Assembly: GCA_009602735.1 (NCBI GenBank)
Contig: WELA01000930.1
Span: 62,001 to 101,805 of the forward strand
Length of the DNA stretch: 39,805 bases
Reading direction: 5' to 3'
Source: Mesotaenium endlicherianum
Lineage: Eukaryota
Shown here: positions 38,667 to 39,805 of the stretch, piece after piece
Position numbering within the stretch: the first letter of the stretch is position 1
Layout: the number at the start of each line of letters is the position of its first letter
The notes under the pieces: generated by a model
Database searches by the model: none
Told to the model about the DNA's origin: nothing
Seen by the model: the letters and a program-made list of their open reading frames with translations, nothing else
Made by a program: the position numbers and the translations under genes

Positions 38667-38670
38667 CACT

Positions 38671-38696
38671 AAAGCCTCGATGCTTCGGGGCTTTTT
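38671..38696 (+). terminator. intrinsic terminator after tRNA-Ala
   Basis: AAAGCCTCGA-TGCT-TCGGGGCTTT followed by TT. Confidence 0.75.
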
Positions 38697-38736
38697 CATG
38701 CTCATTTGGGTTCAATCCGTTCCGACTCACAAAAAT

Positions 38737-38758
38737 TGGGACGGAAATGGGACGGAAA
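38737..38758 (+). repeat. tandem 11-bp direct repeat TGGGACGGAAA overlapping integrase ATG (putative arm-type sites)
   Basis: 38737-38747 and 38748-38758 are identical. ATG at 38747-38749. Confidence 0.7.
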
Positions 38759-39754
38759 AATCTTAAAGGAACTATCAGCATCCTGAACGACAGGGGCAGG
38801 ATCAGATTGAGATGGAGGTATCAGGGAGAAAGGTATTCCCTGAATCTTGACCGCCATTACAGCAGATCAAATCTCACAGAAGCAAGGAAAACTGCCCTTC
38901 AAATTGAGCAGGATATTTTACACCAGCAGTTCGATACTACACTTAACAAGTACAATGGGAAACCCGAAGAGTTACTCCAACAGCAAAACCCACAACAGGA
39001 AAAGGGGACCATTGTCCAGTATTTCGAGGAATGGACACGTGTATATAAACAGATGGATTGTGAGAAACATACCAATTACAATTCGGTTCGAAATATGCTA
39101 AGAAAATGGGATAAAATCGACGTTACTAATATTCATCTGAAATTAAATGCTGAAACTTTCTGTGGGGCAACGTATAACAGGAGACTCACCATGCTGAAGG
39201 ATTTTGTGAAGTGGCTTGTGAAATCGGGAGTTTGGCAGTGCAATCCACTTGAGGATATAAGCCCTAAACGGTACAAGAAGCCCAAGCAGTCTAAACGGAA
39301 ACCTTTTGCGGAGGATGAAATAAAGCGGATATTGGAAGCTTTTAGAACAGATGCATACTGTTCCCAATACTCACCATTCAAGCACTCGCATTACTACCCG
39401 TTCATCTATTTCATCTTCAAAACAGGCGTGCGAAATGCAGAAGCTATTGGTCTACGAGTGGGAAATGTCGATATAGCAAATAAAACCGTTGCTATAAAAG
39501 AAGTAATGGCGCGTTCCCTGGGAAGCACAAGTTCCGCACAAAGGATAAGAAAAGAAACGAAGAACGGCAAGGAGCGATATCTACCGTTAACCTCCGACTT
39601 ACATTCTATCTTGTATCCCCTAATAGAGGGCAGGGGTAAAGAAGCTCTAGTTTTTGAATCTCCGACTGGTTTGGCGATAGATGACCATAATTTTCAGAGG
39701 CGCATTTTCAAAAAGATACTTAAAGAACTAACGTGTTGTGCTATTAGAAACTGA
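38747..39754 (+). pseudogene. tyrosine recombinase/integrase with N-terminal arm-binding domain, C-terminally disrupted
   Basis: GRIRLRWRYQGERYSL arm domain, TGVRNAE (catalytic R) and KETKNGK (K). Homology stops at FKKILKEL (39730); the H-x-x-R box and catalytic Tyr are absent. Confidence 0.85.
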
Positions 39755-39805
39755 GAGCATGTTTGATTTGAGCGATTTTTCTGCCATTAAGATAGTTGAT
39801 CCAGT
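39731..39805 (-). mobile_element. terminal end of an IS982-like insertion sequence (partial)
   Basis: Minus strand 39803-39744 encodes WINYLNGRKIAQIKHALSF*, resembling IS982-family transposase C-termini. It is followed by a putative terminal IR reading ACGTGTTGTGCTA on plus from 39731, exactly where integrase homology ends. Confidence 0.7.

Noticed and set aside
38551..38781. Short ORFs and the integrase extension from 38621
   Set aside because: They overlap tRNA-Ala and its terminator. The integrase more plausibly starts at ATG 38747.

Overview
This is a mostly core-genome segment of a Bacteroidota bacterium, most likely Chitinophagaceae. The evidence is a T9SS type-B cargo paired with a PorP/SprF gene, TAnnTTTG-type -7 promoters, a eukaryote-like citrate synthase and a stand-alone purS. 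About 35 protein genes are recognisable, including a GH130 lipoprotein, divergent metZ/metX, lpxB, hpt, pckA, trpS, recG, pepP-pssA-purS-rsmI, rsmG, tgt, an LptF/G permease and gltA. The window ends with tRNA-Ala(GGC) and the left end of an integrated element whose tyrosine integrase is cut short by an IS982-like insertion. Non-routine signals are: (1) a BlaI repressor plus an M56 peptidase/peptidoglycan amidase/plug-like fusion under twin AACTA-N6-TAGTT operators; (2) an orphan exported coiled-coil protein resembling the tail of Bacteroidota BlaR1-like sensors, under a second pair of operators with the same geometry (TACGA-N6-TCGTA); (3) two copies of a heptamer-built 24-bp inverted-repeat element, one containing the metX stop codon and the other apparently the non-AUG start of recG; (4) a TA pair with a truncated RelE/ParE toxin; (5) a perfect 26-bp palindrome; (6) a CGTC-type REP; and (7) several promoters placed 4-7 nt from the ATG, suggesting leaderless mRNAs. 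No CRISPR array or rRNA was seen. All family calls come from motif recognition, not database searches.
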